59,866 nt of DNA, from contig JBKJOO010000147.1 of the NCBI GenBank assembly GCA_046595615.1, positions 1-59,866 of the forward strand. The letters are read 5' to 3'. The notes under the pieces were generated by a model, which worked only from the letters and a program-made list of their open reading frames with translations, had not been told where the DNA came from and did no database searches. Below are positions 10,653 to 24,442 of this stretch, piece after piece. The DNA is from Mycobacteriales bacterium (lineage in GTDB: Bacteria > Actinomycetota > Actinomycetes > Mycobacteriales > SCTD01). Within the stretch, counting starts at the first letter, position 1, and every line of letters starts with the position of its first letter. Made by a program: the position numbers and the translations under genes.

Positions 10653-12004
10653 GCGACGTACTCCCGTAGCCCTTCCGCCCGACCACCGGCGCGCAACTCC
10701 GCGAGGGTGTCCCGCTCGATCTGCCGGATCCGCTCCCGGGTCAGGCCGAGGTGCCGACCGACCTCGTCGAGGGTGCGCGGCCGCCCGTCGTCGAGCCCGA
10801 AGCGCATCCGCATCACGACCGCCGAGCGCTCGGGCAACGAACCGAGGACCTCGGCGAGCTGACCCTGGAGCATCTGCATCTCCACCGCCGCGACCGGGTC
10901 GACGGACTCGGAATCGGTGATGAAGTCGCCCAACGTTGCCTCGTCGTCGCCGACCGGGCTCTGCAGCGACAGCGTGTCCCGGCCAAACGCAATGATCTCT
11001 TCGACCTTGGCCGCCGTCATCTCGAGCGGCCGGCCGATCTCCTCGCTGGAGGGGTCCCGACCGAGGGTCTGGGTCAGTTCGCGCCGCACCCGGGTCACCT
11101 TGGTGATGAGCTCGGCCATGTGCACCGGCACCCGGATCGTGCGGCCCTGGTCGGCGAGCGCGCGCTGCAGCGCCTGCCGGATCCACCACGTCGCGTACGT
11201 CGAGAACTTGTAGCCCTTGGCGTAGTCGAACTTCTCGACCGCTCGCACGAGGCCGAGGTTGCCCTCCTGCACCAGGTCGAGCAGGTCCAGGCCGCGGCCC
11301 TGATAGCGCTTGGCCAGCGACACCACGAGCCGCAAGTTGGCCTCGAGCAGGTGCCGCTTGGCCCGCTCACCGTCCCGGGCGAGCTCGGCCAGGTCGCGCC
11401 GCAGCGCGATCGGCAGCTTGCGCTCGCCGGCCGTGTGCTGACGCAGCATCTCGACGGCGAACAATCCGGCTTCGATCCGCTTGGCGAGATCGACTTCCTC
11501 GACCGCGGTGAGCAGCGGGACCCGGCCGATCTCGCGCAGGTAGGCCTTGACCAGGTCGATCCCCGGCGGCGGCTCGTCGATCGCGAGCGGCACGTCTTCG
11601 TCGGCAACGACCGGCACGGTGGCCTCGTCCTGCGCCGGCTCGGCGGTCGGCGCGCCCGCGGGCAGCGCTGGGGTCGCCGGGGCCCTTCGCGCGGCAGCAG
11701 TGGCCGGCACGGTGGTGGCCGGCACGGCGGTCGGTGCGACGAGGGTCGAGCCCGGGGTGGCAGCGGCCGCGCGGGCCGCGGCGGATCTGGCCGGGGCCTG
11801 GCGTACCCGGGACGGCTTGGGTTCGTCGGTGCCGATGACCAGCCCGCTCTCGGTCAGCCGACGGAGCACCGCGCGGGCCTCGTCCGGGCCGATGCCGGCG
11901 GTGTCGAAGGTGTCGCGCAGCTGCGTGAGGGAGAGCTGTCCCTCGACCTGCGCACGCTCGACCAGCGCCTGGACGACGTCGGCGGGGTGGGCGGCGGTGG
12001 GCAT
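10649..12004 (-). CDS. RNA polymerase sigma-70 family factor (group 1/2-like, region 1.1-like N-terminus, divergent C-terminus)
   Basis: ORF 10649..12226 trimmed to the ATG preceded by AGGAG ([10 protein letters not shown]..). Contains [34 protein letters not shown] and TRERIRQIE. The N-terminus [22 protein letters not shown] resembles HrdB region 1.1. Confidence 0.85.
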   Translation of the reverse strand: MPTAAHPADVVQALVERAQVEGQLSLTQLRDTFDTAGIGPDEARAVLRRLTESGLVIGTDEPKPSRVRQAPARSAAARAAAATPGSTLVAPTAVPATTVPATAAARRAPATPALPAGAPTAEPAQDEATVPVVADEDVPLAIDEPPPGIDLVKAYLREIGRVPLLTAVEEVDLAKRIEAGLFAVEMLRQHTAGERKLPIALRRDLAELARDGERAKRHLLEANLRLVVSLAKRYQGRGLDLLDLVQEGNLGLVRAVEKFDYAKGYKFSTYATWWIRQALQRALADQGRTIRVPVHMAELITKVTRVRRELTQTLGRDPSSEEIGRPLEMTAAKVEEIIAFGRDTLSLQSPVGDDEATLGDFITDSESVDPVAAVEMQMLQGQLAEVLGSLPERSAVVMRMRFGLDDGRPRTLDEVGRHLGLTRERIRQIERDTLAELRAGGRAEGLREYVA

Positions 12005-12239
12005 GAGCATCTCCTGGCGTGGTGGTTGTTCTGCGGTAGGGCGCACGTCGTTGTGCTGGTCTGCCCGGTCGCTGGGGCCGGCATGCCGACGGGTGTGAGG
12101 GTCCCACGCCACCCGGGGGCGGCGCCAAGCGTGCCGAAGCGCACCCATAGGACGGGGGTCAGTGTCTGGACAACGATCCACCACCTCGAGGTGTTCCGCT
12201 GCACCTCGGGCGGTGAACTCCCTCACAGCCGCCGGCGCC

Positions 12240-13439
<1,200 letters not shown>

Positions 13440-13457
13440 GGGCGGTCCTTCACGCTC

Positions 13458-13487
13458 GAAGGGGTGGGGGCTGGGCCCCTCCCCTTC
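13458..13487 (-). terminator. GC-rich hairpin between aconitase and the sigma gene (possible U-tract-less terminator or 5'-leader structure)
   Basis: RNA sense is GAAGGGGAGGGG-CCCAGC-CCCCACCCCTTC, 11 of 12 bp paired with a 6-nt loop. It sits about 57 nt after the acn stop and about 18 nt before the sigma start. No U tract. Confidence 0.3.
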
Positions 13488-13543
13488 AACAGTCAGGAGG
13501 CCCTCGGCGTTCCCCGCCCAGGGCCTCCCGGGCAGCGCGTCGG

Positions 13544-16315
<2,772 letters not shown>

Positions 16316-16568
16316 CGTGCATCTCCTTCGGTCGTCGCTGGTCACGCTAGTGCGGTGGTGCGCGGGTGCGCACCGCGTCCTGCTCGTCCGGCGAACGGGC
16401 TCGGTCCGCACCGGGTCGGCGGCTGTCCTGCGCTGCAGGGCCCGCACCGGGCCGGCTCGGCCACGTCCCCCGTCGTACGAACGGCAACGAAGCACCCATA
16501 CCGGGAGCAGAAGGGCCACCACCGTGGGGGAAGTGAGGCTCGGGCCGGGGCGGCGCGCGTACGACGGG

Positions 16569-18392
16569 TCAGAAGCGCTCCCGCCGGATCAACGTCTTGC
16601 GGCCCTTGATGACGCTGCCGCGCAAGGCCGCGATGACCTCGTCGGCCGCTGACTCGGGGACCTCGACGAGGGAGAAACGCTCGGTGATCTCGATCGCGCC
16701 GATGTCCCGGCCGGACAGGCGCGACTCGCCGGCGATGGCGCCGACGAGGTCCTGCGGGCGGATGCCGGCGGCGCTGCCGGCGCCGACGAACAGCCGGGTC
16801 ATTCCGCCCGGCGGCCCCTTGAACCGCGACGAACCCGTGGCGGGGGCGGCCGCGCCCTGGCGGAGCGGCCGGCCCTGGCCCGAAGCCCGCCCCGAAGCCT
16901 GGCCCGAAGCCTCGCCCGAAGCCTGGCCCGAAGCCTGGCCCCGGACCGGTGCCTGGCGGCGGCCCGACGGTGCGGTCGGGGCCTGTCGAACCGACGGCGG
17001 CGAGCTGGCATCGGGTTCCCGCACCGGCGCGGGGCGGGTGACGGCGACCGTCGGAATCTCCTGCTCGTCCTGCTGCGGAGCGCCGGCCCGGTGGAGCAGC
17101 CGAAGCGCCGCCGCCGCCACGTCGATCGGGTCGTGCTCGGCGGGCAGCGACGCGACGAGCTCGCGCTCGGCGTCGAGGTCACCCTCGGCCATCGCGTCGA
17201 GCAGCGCCAGCCGGGTGCGCTCGAGCCGGCGGCCACGCAGATCGGCCACCGTCGGTAGCGGTTGCAGCGGGATGCGCACGCCGGTGGTGCGCTCCACCGC
17301 CTGCAGCATCCGTTGCTCGCGGGGCTCGGCGAGGGTGATCGCGACGCCCTCGCGGCCGGCCCGCCCGACCCGCCCGATGCGGTGGACGTAGGACTCCGGC
17401 GCCGACGGCACGTCGTAGTTGACGACGTGGCTGAGATGGTCGACGTCGAGCCCGCGGGCAGCGACGTCGGTCGCGACGAGCAGCTCGGCCGTACCGTTGC
17501 GGAGTCTGCTCATCACCCGGTCGCGCTGCTCCTGGCTCATCCCGCCGTGCAGCGCCTCGGCCCGGTGTCCGCGGGCGTTCAGCACCTCGGTCAGCGCGTC
17601 GACCTCGCCGCGGGTGCGACAGAACACGAGCGCAGCGGCGGGGCGTTCGAGGGCGAGGACACGGGCGAGCGCGGCCGGCTTGTGCGCCCGGGCAACGAGA
17701 TATGCCGTCTGCCGGACCAGCGGCGTCGCACCGTCGACGAGACGCTCTCGCTCCACCTGAACGCGGACGGCGTCCCGCAGGTGGCGCCGGGCCATCCGGT
17801 CGACCCGGTGCGGCATCGTGGCCGAGAACAGCACGGTCTGCCGCTCGGGCGGGGTCGCGCCGAGAATGGCCTCGATGTCGTCCGCGAAGCCCATGTCGAA
17901 CATCTCGTCGGCCTCGTCGAGCACGACAACCGCGAGCCCGGAAAGGCGCAGGGTGCCCCGCTGGATGTGGTCCAGGGCCCGGCCGGGGGTGGCGACGACC
18001 AGGTCGACGCCGCGCTCCAGGGGACGGAGCTGCCGGCCGATCGGCTGTCCGCCGTACACCGCGAGGACGCGCGCGCCCAGGTCCCGGCCGTAGCTCGTCA
18101 CGGCTTCGGCGACCTGGACAGCCAATTCGCGGGTTGGGGTGAGGACGAGCCCGACCGGCGCGGTCCCGCGGGCGCCGGCGGCGAGGCGCTGCAGCAGCGG
18201 CAGGGCGAACGCCGCGGTCTTGCCGGTGCCGGTCGCCGCCTGGCCGATCAGGTCGCGGCCCTGCAGCAGCAGCGGGATCGCCTCGCGCTGGATGGGCGTG
18301 GGCTCCTCGTAGCCCAGCCGGAGCAGCGCCTGCTCCAGCTCGGGGCGCAGGCCGAGTTCGGCGAAGCCACTGGCGTCGGCCGGGCCGGTCAC
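16569..18392 (-). CDS. DEAD-box ATP-dependent RNA helicase (DeaD/CsdA-like with DbpA-type C-terminal RNA-binding domain)
   Basis: 607 aa. Contains the Q motif, [32 protein letters not shown] and a C-terminal [16 protein letters not shown] domain. Confidence 0.92.
   Translation of the reverse strand: MTGPADASGFAELGLRPELEQALLRLGYEEPTPIQREAIPLLLQGRDLIGQAATGTGKTAAFALPLLQRLAAGARGTAPVGLVLTPTRELAVQVAEAVTSYGRDLGARVLAVYGGQPIGRQLRPLERGVDLVVATPGRALDHIQRGTLRLSGLAVVVLDEADEMFDMGFADDIEAILGATPPERQTVLFSATMPHRVDRMARRHLRDAVRVQVERERLVDGATPLVRQTAYLVARAHKPAALARVLALERPAAALVFCRTRGEVDALTEVLNARGHRAEALHGGMSQEQRDRVMSRLRNGTAELLVATDVAARGLDVDHLSHVVNYDVPSAPESYVHRIGRVGRAGREGVAITLAEPREQRMLQAVERTTGVRIPLQPLPTVADLRGRRLERTRLALLDAMAEGDLDAERELVASLPAEHDPIDVAAAALRLLHRAGAPQQDEQEIPTVAVTRPAPVREPDASSPPSVRQAPTAPSGRRQAPVRGQASGQASGEASGQASGRASGQGRPLRQGAAAPATGSSRFKGPPGGMTRLFVGAGSAAGIRPQDLVGAIAGESRLSGRDIGAIEITERFSLVEVPESAADEVIAALRGSVIKGRKTLIRRERF
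16877..16941 (-). repeat. About 5.5 tandem copies of a 12-nt unit inside the helicase gene
   Basis: Plus-strand unit gcccgaagcctg repeated. It encodes [23 protein letters not shown] in the linker before the C-terminal domain. Confidence 0.8.
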
Positions 18393-18437
18393 GGGCTCCT
18401 CCTGGGTGGTGCGGCGGGCACCCAGTGTCCCAGTCGG

Positions 18438-19004
18438 TCAGCCCTTCTTCGCGGCAGCCTTGGCCTGCTGCTTAAAGGCCCGCACCTGCAGCAGGGTCTC
18501 CGGGCTCGTCACGTCGGCCACGCTGCGCAGCGCGTCGTCGTCGCCGTAGGCGCCGGCCGCCTGGCGCCACCCGGTCGGCCGCACGCCCAGTTGCTTGCCC
18601 AGCAGGGCGATGAAGATCTTGGCTTTCTGCTCACCGAAGCCGGGGAGGGCCTGCAGCCGGCGGAGCAGCTCCGCGCCGTCGGGGGCGTCCTCCCAGATCG
18701 CCTCGGCCCGGCCGTCGTAGTGCTCGACGAGCGCCCGGCACATGTCCTGGACCCGGCCGGCCATCGAGCCGGGGAAGCGGTGGATCGCCGGTTGCTGGGC
18801 GAACAACTCGGCCAGGTCGTCCCGGCTGGCGAGCTCGCGCGCGTTCAGGTCGTGGCCCAGCCGGTCCCGGAGCACAGCCGGACCGCGGAAGGCCTTCTCC
18901 ATCGGAATCTGTTGATCAAGCAGCATGCCGGTCAGCAGGGCCAGCGGATCGCGCGAGAGCAGCGCGTCGGCGTCGGCGTCCTGGGACAGGTGCAACGTGG
19001 TCAT
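18438..19004 (-). CDS. HhH-GPD-type base-excision DNA repair protein
   Basis: ORF 18438..19412 trimmed to MTTLHLSQDADADALLSRDPLALL. LPGFGEQKAKIFIALLGKQLG is the helix-hairpin-helix element. 188 aa. Confidence 0.75.
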   Translation of the reverse strand: MTTLHLSQDADADALLSRDPLALLTGMLLDQQIPMEKAFRGPAVLRDRLGHDLNARELASRDDLAELFAQQPAIHRFPGSMAGRVQDMCRALVEHYDGRAEAIWEDAPDGAELLRRLQALPGFGEQKAKIFIALLGKQLGVRPTGWRQAAGAYGDDDALRSVADVTSPETLLQVRAFKQQAKAAAKKG

Positions 19005-19036
19005 CCCGCGAGCATGCATCGCGACAGGACGCCCGG

Positions 19037-19366
19037 CTAGTCCTGGTCGATGACCCGGCCCGGCTCGATCGCGATGCGCTCGGTGACCGCGACCGGCCGA
19101 TCGATGAGGGCGCTCGGCCGGTCCTTGCGGGACACCGCCGGCCCGGCGTTCGCGGCCACTACCCCCATCCAGGGCAGCGCCACCGCGCCGACGACCAGGA
19201 CCAGCTTCCAGACCAGCGGCACCGGGAGCGCGACCGCGAGCACGAAGCACGAGATGCGCACGAGTTGGGTCACGACGTAGCGGCGCTGGCGCAGCCGGCG
19301 GTCGTCGGTGTGGCTCAGGCCGGCTGTCGTGACAACGATCGTCTCGGGACCTCGCGCGCTGGACAC
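19037..19366 (-). CDS. DUF3099-like small membrane protein (start uncertain)
   Basis: Contains RRYVVTQLVRISCFVLAVAL..VWKLVLVVGAVALPWMGVVAANAG (two TM helices). The longest ORF (to 19474) overlaps the aldH 3' end, so an internal GTG is preferred. Confidence 0.55.
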   Translation of the reverse strand: MSSARGPETIVVTTAGLSHTDDRRLRQRRYVVTQLVRISCFVLAVALPVPLVWKLVLVVGAVALPWMGVVAANAGPAVSRKDRPSALIDRPVAVTERIAIEPGRVIDQD

Positions 19367-19460
19367 GGTGGCGCCTCCTGCCGATGGCGCCGGCCCCGGG
19401 ACAGGGGAGCACCTGCTCAACAGTGTCCCGGATGTCGCGCTTCCGCGCGCGCCGGACTCC

Positions 19461-20969
19461 TCAGCGCCGACCATGCACCAGCCGGATGATCGTGGCGAGT
19501 GAGTCGGTGACCTTGGGGGAGCGGGAGAACGACAGCAACTGCACAGGCAGCTCGAACCGCTGCCGGGTGATCGCCTTGGCGCGGGTGAACTCCCGGAGGC
19601 CGTCCGCGCCGTGGATCCGCCCGAAGCCCGAGTCGCCGACCCCGCCGAACGGCAGCGCCGGCACCGAGGCGAACGCGATCACCGAGTTGATGCTGGTCAT
19701 GCCCGAGCGCATCCGCCGGGCAATCTCGACGCCACGCTTGCCGTCCCCGGTGAAGACCGACCCCGCGAGGCCATACGCCGTGGCGTTGGTGCGCTCCAGG
19801 GCCTGCTCGACGTCGCGGACCCGGGCCACGGTGATCGTCGGGCCGAAGGTCTCCTCGCGCACCGCGGTGCTGTCCTCGGGCACGTCGACCAGGATCGTCG
19901 GCTCGACGTAGCCGCCGTCCGCCCCGCCGCCGGTCAGCACGCGCCCGCCGCGGGCCACGGCGTCGGCGATGTGTCGGGTGATGACGCCGACCTGCTTGGG
20001 CATCGTGATCGGCCCGTACGACGCACCGGCGGCCGACCCGGCCCGGACCGAGCTCGCCAGCCTGGTCAGCTCGGTCACGAAGGCGTCGTACACCTTGTCG
20101 GTGGCATAGACCCGCTCGATCCCGATGCAGGTCTGGCCCGCGTTGCTCATGGCGCCCCACAGGGCCGCGTCGGCAGCTGCGGCGACGTCCGCGTCGTCGT
20201 CCACGATCATCGCGTCCTTGCCGCCGCACTCCATGAGCACCGGCACGAGGCCTTCGGCGCAGGCCGCCATCACCAGTCGGCCGGTGGCGGTCGAGCCGGT
20301 GAAGGCGATCTTGTCGACGCCGGCCCGGCACAGCGCCGCCCCGGTCTCGCCGAGCCCGGTGACGACCTGGAGCACGTCGGGGCGCCCCGGCACAGCTGTC
20401 CGCCAGGCCTGTTCGAGCCACCGCCCGATTGCCGGGGTGTACTCGCTGGGCTTGAACACGACCGCGTTGCCGGCGGCCAGGGCGTAGGCCAGCGAGCCCA
20501 TCGGGGTGAAGACCGGGTAGTTCCAGGGGCCGATGACGCCGACCACCCCGAGCGGCTGGTACTCCAGGAGCGCCTGCTGGTTCGCGGCCATCAGGCCGGC
20601 GGGCACCCTGCGCAGGCCGAGCACCTTCGGGGCGTGCTTCGCAGCCCACTCGATGTGGTCGATCGCGAGGGTGATCTCGAGCAGGGCATCCGGGCGCGGC
20701 TTGCCGTTCTCGGCGTGCACGAGGTCGGCGAGCTCATGCATGCCGCGGGCGAGCACGCCCTTCCAGGCGCGTAGGTGGCGGCGCCTGGCCTCGAAGCCTT
20801 GGTCGCGCCACCAGGACGCCGCCTCGTGCGCCCGGGCGACCGCGGCCTGGACGTCGTCGGCGCTGGCGATCGGGTGGCTCGCGAGGACCTGACCGGTGCC
20901 GGGATCGAGCGAGTCGAAGCGCTCCCCGGCGGTTGGGTCGGACGCGGTCTGGTCGGTGGCGAGCGTCAT
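19461..20969 (-). CDS. NAD(P)-dependent aldehyde dehydrogenase family protein
   Basis: ORF 19461..21011 trimmed to MTLATDQ. Contains FTGSTATGR, ECGGKDAMIV (catalytic Cys) and EETFGPT. Confidence 0.9.
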   Translation of the reverse strand: MTLATDQTASDPTAGERFDSLDPGTGQVLASHPIASADDVQAAVARAHEAASWWRDQGFEARRRHLRAWKGVLARGMHELADLVHAENGKPRPDALLEITLAIDHIEWAAKHAPKVLGLRRVPAGLMAANQQALLEYQPLGVVGVIGPWNYPVFTPMGSLAYALAAGNAVVFKPSEYTPAIGRWLEQAWRTAVPGRPDVLQVVTGLGETGAALCRAGVDKIAFTGSTATGRLVMAACAEGLVPVLMECGGKDAMIVDDDADVAAAADAALWGAMSNAGQTCIGIERVYATDKVYDAFVTELTRLASSVRAGSAAGASYGPITMPKQVGVITRHIADAVARGGRVLTGGGADGGYVEPTILVDVPEDSTAVREETFGPTITVARVRDVEQALERTNATAYGLAGSVFTGDGKRGVEIARRMRSGMTSINSVIAFASVPALPFGGVGDSGFGRIHGADGLREFTRAKAITRQRFELPVQLLSFSRSPKVTDSLATIIRLVHGRR

Positions 20970-21064
20970 CCGCCGACTGTAGGCGGCCGCCCACCCCCCT
21001 CTCGGAAGCACCCAGCACCACCACCGCCCCAGCCGCCCGGAAGCCTGATCGGTGCCCCGTCGCC

Positions 21065-21128
21065 GGCCGATCTTGACGATGTTGCCGGCGACACGCCGAT
21101 GAGGGCGACCAGATCGTCAAGATCGGCC
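21065..21128. repeat. 64-bp palindromic intergenic repeat, copy A
   Basis: ggccgatcttgacgat-N32-atcgtcaagatcggcc, with perfect 16-bp inverted arms. About 85% identical by eye to the reverse complement of the copy at 24365-24427. Confidence 0.8.
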
Positions 21129-21202
21129 AGCTCAGGGGGGCACGCCCGGACCCCGGACCCGAGCAACGTCCGAGATCGGCCGGGAAGCGGTCGTACGACG
21201 GG

Positions 21203-22033
21203 TCAAAGGCCGGTCGGCTCGGGCAGCAGATCGGGGAAGACTGCCGGCCGCCGCTCGGCCTTGGCACTGAACGCCTCGACCATGTCGGCTTGCTGGAACA
21301 TCCCGGACTGCCAGGTCGCGATCTGCTCCAGTGCGTCGTCGACCGAGTGGTCACGGGCGTAGTTCATCGCCACCTTGGTGCCCCAGATCGCCAGCGGGGA
21401 CTTCGCCGCTATCTCCCGGGCGGTGTCCAGCACGCCCGCGAGCAGGGCCTGGGGGTCCGCGTAGACCTGCTGGACGAGCCCGACCTCGTACGCGCGCGCC
21501 GCCGGGACGCGCCGGCCGGTGTAGGCCATCTCGCGGGCGAAGCCCTCCGGGACGACCGTGCCGGGCCGCTGCAGCGTGCCGGCGTCGGCCGTCATGCCGA
21601 TGTTGATCTCCTGCACGCAGAAGAACGCCTCGGCGCTCGCGTAGCGCAGGTCGCAGGCCGTCACCAGGTCGACGGCCCCGCCGATGCAGCCGCCCTGGAC
21701 CGCGGCAAGGACCGGCAACCGGGCCTTTTCGAGCGCGGTGAACGACCACTGCAGCACCTTGGCGTTGGACCGCATCCGGGCCTGCTTGCGCCCGAGCTCG
21801 GCGTCGTCACCGTGCTGGCCGGCGAAGACCGCCAGGTCCATCCCGGCGCAGAAGTGCTTGCCGGTGCTCGAGATCACCACGACGCGGGCGCTCGCGGCGT
21901 CGCTGATCGAGGTGACGATCTCCGGCAACTCGCGCCAGAACTCCGGCACCATCGTGTTGAGCTCGTCCCCGCGGGAGAGCCGCACGTGGGCGACCCCGTC
22001 GGCGATGTCCACGTCGAAGCAGCGATATCCCAT
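21203..22033 (-). CDS. Enoyl-CoA hydratase/isomerase (crotonase) family protein
   Basis: ORF 21203..22729 trimmed to MGYRCFDVDIADGVAHVRL. Contains GKHFCAGMDL and VQGGCIGGAVDLVTACD. 276 aa. Confidence 0.88.
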   Translation of the reverse strand: MGYRCFDVDIADGVAHVRLSRGDELNTMVPEFWRELPEIVTSISDAASARVVVISSTGKHFCAGMDLAVFAGQHGDDAELGRKQARMRSNAKVLQWSFTALEKARLPVLAAVQGGCIGGAVDLVTACDLRYASAEAFFCVQEINIGMTADAGTLQRPGTVVPEGFAREMAYTGRRVPAARAYEVGLVQQVYADPQALLAGVLDTAREIAAKSPLAIWGTKVAMNYARDHSVDDALEQIATWQSGMFQQADMVEAFSAKAERRPAVFPDLLPEPTGL

Positions 22034-22088
22034 GCCCGGATCCTGCCGCACGGCCGCGGCCTGCCCCAGTTGCACTAGCGTCGCGGTC

Positions 22089-22874
22089 GTGAGCGACGCC
22101 GTGTTGTCCCTGTCCGGTGTCGGGGTGGTACGTGACGGCGCGACCTTGCTGGCCGGCGTCGACTGGACCGTGCTCGAGGGCGAGCGGTGGGTGCTGCTCG
22201 GCCCCAACGGGGCCGGCAAGACCACCCTGGTGCAGATCGCGGCGGCGTCGCTGTTCCCGAGCAGCGGCACCGTCGAGCTGCTCGGCGAACGCTTCGGCCG
22301 GACCGACCTCGGCGAGTTGCGCACCCGGGTGGGCCTGTCCAGCTCAGCGCTCACCGATCGGGTGCCGGCCAATGAAAAAGCCGTCGACGTGGTCGTCACC
22401 GCAGCCCATGGCGTGCTCGGCCGGTGGCGGGAGGCGTACGACGCGACCGACGTCGACCGGGCGATCGCGCTGCTCGCCAGGGTCGGGCTGCGGGCCTTCG
22501 CCGGCCGGCGCTTCGGGACGTTGTCCGAGGGCGAGCGCAAACGGGTGCTCCTCGCCCGGGCGCTGATGACCGACCCTGAGCTGCTGCTGCTCGACGAGCC
22601 GGCTGCCGGCCTCGATCTGGGCGCCCGGGAGGCCTTGCTGCGGCTGCTGACCCGCCTCGCCACCGACCCCGGCGCACCGCCGAGTGTCCTGGTGACCCAC
22701 CACGTCGAGGAGGTGCCGGTCGGGACCACGCACGCCCTGCTGCTCGCCCGCGGTCGGGTGGTGGCAGCCGGTCCGGTCGATGCGGTGCTGACCGGGCCGC
22801 TGCTCAGCCGGGCCTTCGGCCTGCCGCTGGTGGTTGAGTGCCGCGCCGGTCGCTACACCGCCCGGGCCGCGTGA
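22089..22874 (+). CDS. ABC transporter ATP-binding protein (orphan ATPase)
   Basis: ORF 21684..22874 trimmed to the in-frame GTG (VSDAVLSLSG). Contains Walker A GPNGAGKTT, signature LSEGERKR and Walker B LLLLDEP. Confidence 0.85.
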   Translation: MSDAVLSLSGVGVVRDGATLLAGVDWTVLEGERWVLLGPNGAGKTTLVQIAAASLFPSSGTVELLGERFGRTDLGELRTRVGLSSSALTDRVPANEKAVDVVVTAAHGVLGRWREAYDATDVDRAIALLARVGLRAFAGRRFGTLSEGERKRVLLARALMTDPELLLLDEPAAGLDLGAREALLRLLTRLATDPGAPPSVLVTHHVEEVPVGTTHALLLARGRVVAAGPVDAVLTGPLLSRAFGLPLVVECRAGRYTARAA

Positions 22875-22938
22875 GGCCCCGGAACGCCGACGACCGCCCA
22901 CCCAGCAGGGTGAGCGGCCGTCGTACGACGGGGGAGGG

Positions 22939-23160
22939 CTAGGCGAGCGTGCCGGTCTCGTCGACCCAGTCCACGGCTTTCTCGCGCAGCTTGTCCTCAT
23001 ACGCCTTGGCGTGGTGGCCGCAGAACAGCAGGTCGCCGGAGGCAAGGACGACGCGTACATAGGCCTGCGCGCCACAGCGGTCGCAGCGGTCGGCAGCGGT
23101 CAGGGTCGGGGACGGGGCTGGGGGTGTCACGGTTCCGGTCACGACCCTAGAACACCACAC
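22939..23160 (-). CDS. Small conserved actinobacterial Cys/His protein (zinc-ribbon-like; start uncertain)
   Basis: Contains TAADRCDRCGAQAYVRV..LLFCGHHAKAYEDKL. A CxxC...CxHH arrangement recurs in small actinobacterial proteins. Confidence 0.55.
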   Translation of the reverse strand: MWCSRVVTGTVTPPAPSPTLTAADRCDRCGAQAYVRVVLASGDLLFCGHHAKAYEDKLREKAVDWVDETGTLA

Positions 23161-23187
23161 TTCGAGCCATCGTTCCCACTCGAAGGG

Positions 23188-24375
23188 ATGATGGGCGGCG
23201 TGTCGTTACCTGCCGATGTACCTGGCCCGTTGACCGGTCTGCTCGTCGCCGACTTCTCGCGCGTGCTCGCCGGGCCGTTCGCCACGATGATGCTCGCCGA
23301 CCTCGGCGCCCGGGTCGTCAAGGTCGAGGTTCCCGGTGCCGGCGACGACGCACGTGGCTACGGGCCCTTCGTTTCCGGCCGGTCGCTCTACTTCGCCCGG
23401 GTCAATCGCGGCAAGGAGTCGGTCGTCCTCGATCTGAAGGACCCGGCCGACCACGAGCTGGCCGTCGAGCTCGCGACCAGGGCCGACGTCGTCGTCGAGA
23501 ACTACCGCCCCGGGGTCATGGACCGCCTCGGCCTGGGCTGGCTGGCCCTGCAGGCGGTCAACCCGCGGCTCGTCTGCTGCTCGATCAGCGGCTTCGGCCA
23601 GACCGGCCCGTGGTCGCTGCGTCCGGCGTACGACGCGGTGGTGCAGGGGATGAGCGGGCTGATGTCGGCGTCCGGTGCGGCCGACGGGCCGCCCACCAAA
23701 CCGGGTATCCCGGTGGCGGATCTGGCAGCCGGGCTCTATGCGTTCGGCGGGATCACCAGCGCGCTCCTCGGCCGGGACCGCACCGGCCTCGGCAGCCACC
23801 TGGACATCGCGATGTACGACGCGACGGTCTCGCTGCTGGAGGGCGCGGCGCTGTCCTACCTGGCGACGGGGCTCGACCCCGGCCGGATCGGCAACGCGCA
23901 CTTCTCCATCGCGCCGTTCGACACGTTCTCCTGCGCGGACCGCGACATCACCATCTGCGCGGCCAACGACGTGCTGTTCGGCGCCCTCGTGACCGCGCTG
24001 GGGCTATCGGCGCTGCTCACCGACCCCCGGTTCGCCAGCAACGCCGCGCGGCATGAGGGAAGGGTCGCGCTCAAAGCCGCCCTCGAGGGGGCGCTGCGGA
24101 CTCGCCCGGCCGCGGCCTGGCTGGACGTACTGGCTGGGGCCGGGGTGCCGTGCGGCCCGATCAGCGATGTGGCGGAGGCGATCGGGTCACCGCAGTCGAC
24201 CGCGCGCAACATGGTGGTCGACGCCGGTGGCGTGCCGGTGCCGGGCAACCCGGTCAAGCTCTCGGCCTGGCCCGACCCGCCGATCCGTCGGGCGGCGCCG
24301 GGGCTCGACGAACACGGACCGGCGATCCGCAGGGAGCTGGCAGCGCCCCGGCCCCCCCGAGCCGCGCGATCTTGA
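23188..24375 (+). CDS. CaiB/BaiF family III CoA-transferase
   Basis: ORF 22834..24375 trimmed to MMGGVSLPADVPGPLTGLLVADFSRVLAGPFATMMLADLGARVVKVE, the family III signature N-terminus. The last codons and the stop lie inside repeat copy B. Confidence 0.88.
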   Translation: MMGGVSLPADVPGPLTGLLVADFSRVLAGPFATMMLADLGARVVKVEVPGAGDDARGYGPFVSGRSLYFARVNRGKESVVLDLKDPADHELAVELATRADVVVENYRPGVMDRLGLGWLALQAVNPRLVCCSISGFGQTGPWSLRPAYDAVVQGMSGLMSASGAADGPPTKPGIPVADLAAGLYAFGGITSALLGRDRTGLGSHLDIAMYDATVSLLEGAALSYLATGLDPGRIGNAHFSIAPFDTFSCADRDITICAANDVLFGALVTALGLSALLTDPRFASNAARHEGRVALKAALEGALRTRPAAAWLDVLAGAGVPCGPISDVAEAIGSPQSTARNMVVDAGGVPVPGNPVKLSAWPDPPIRRAAPGLDEHGPAIRRELAAPRPPRAARS

Positions 24376-24427
24376 CGATCTGGTCGCTCCGATCGGTGTG
24401 TCGGCGACTTGATCGTCAAGATCGGCC
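24365..24427. repeat. 64-bp palindromic intergenic repeat, copy B (inverted relative to copy A)
   Basis: cgatcttgacgatctggtcgc-N16-gcgacttgatcgtcaagatcg. It can fold into a stem of about 21 bp. It fills the convergent gap between the CoA-transferase and the GT-C gene. Confidence 0.8.
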
Positions 24428-24442
24428 AGGTGCGGGCGGCCG

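Noticed and set aside
17262-19040. 592-aa plus-strand ORF.
   Set aside because: It is antisense to the DEAD-box helicase and HhH-GPD genes, with no motifs.
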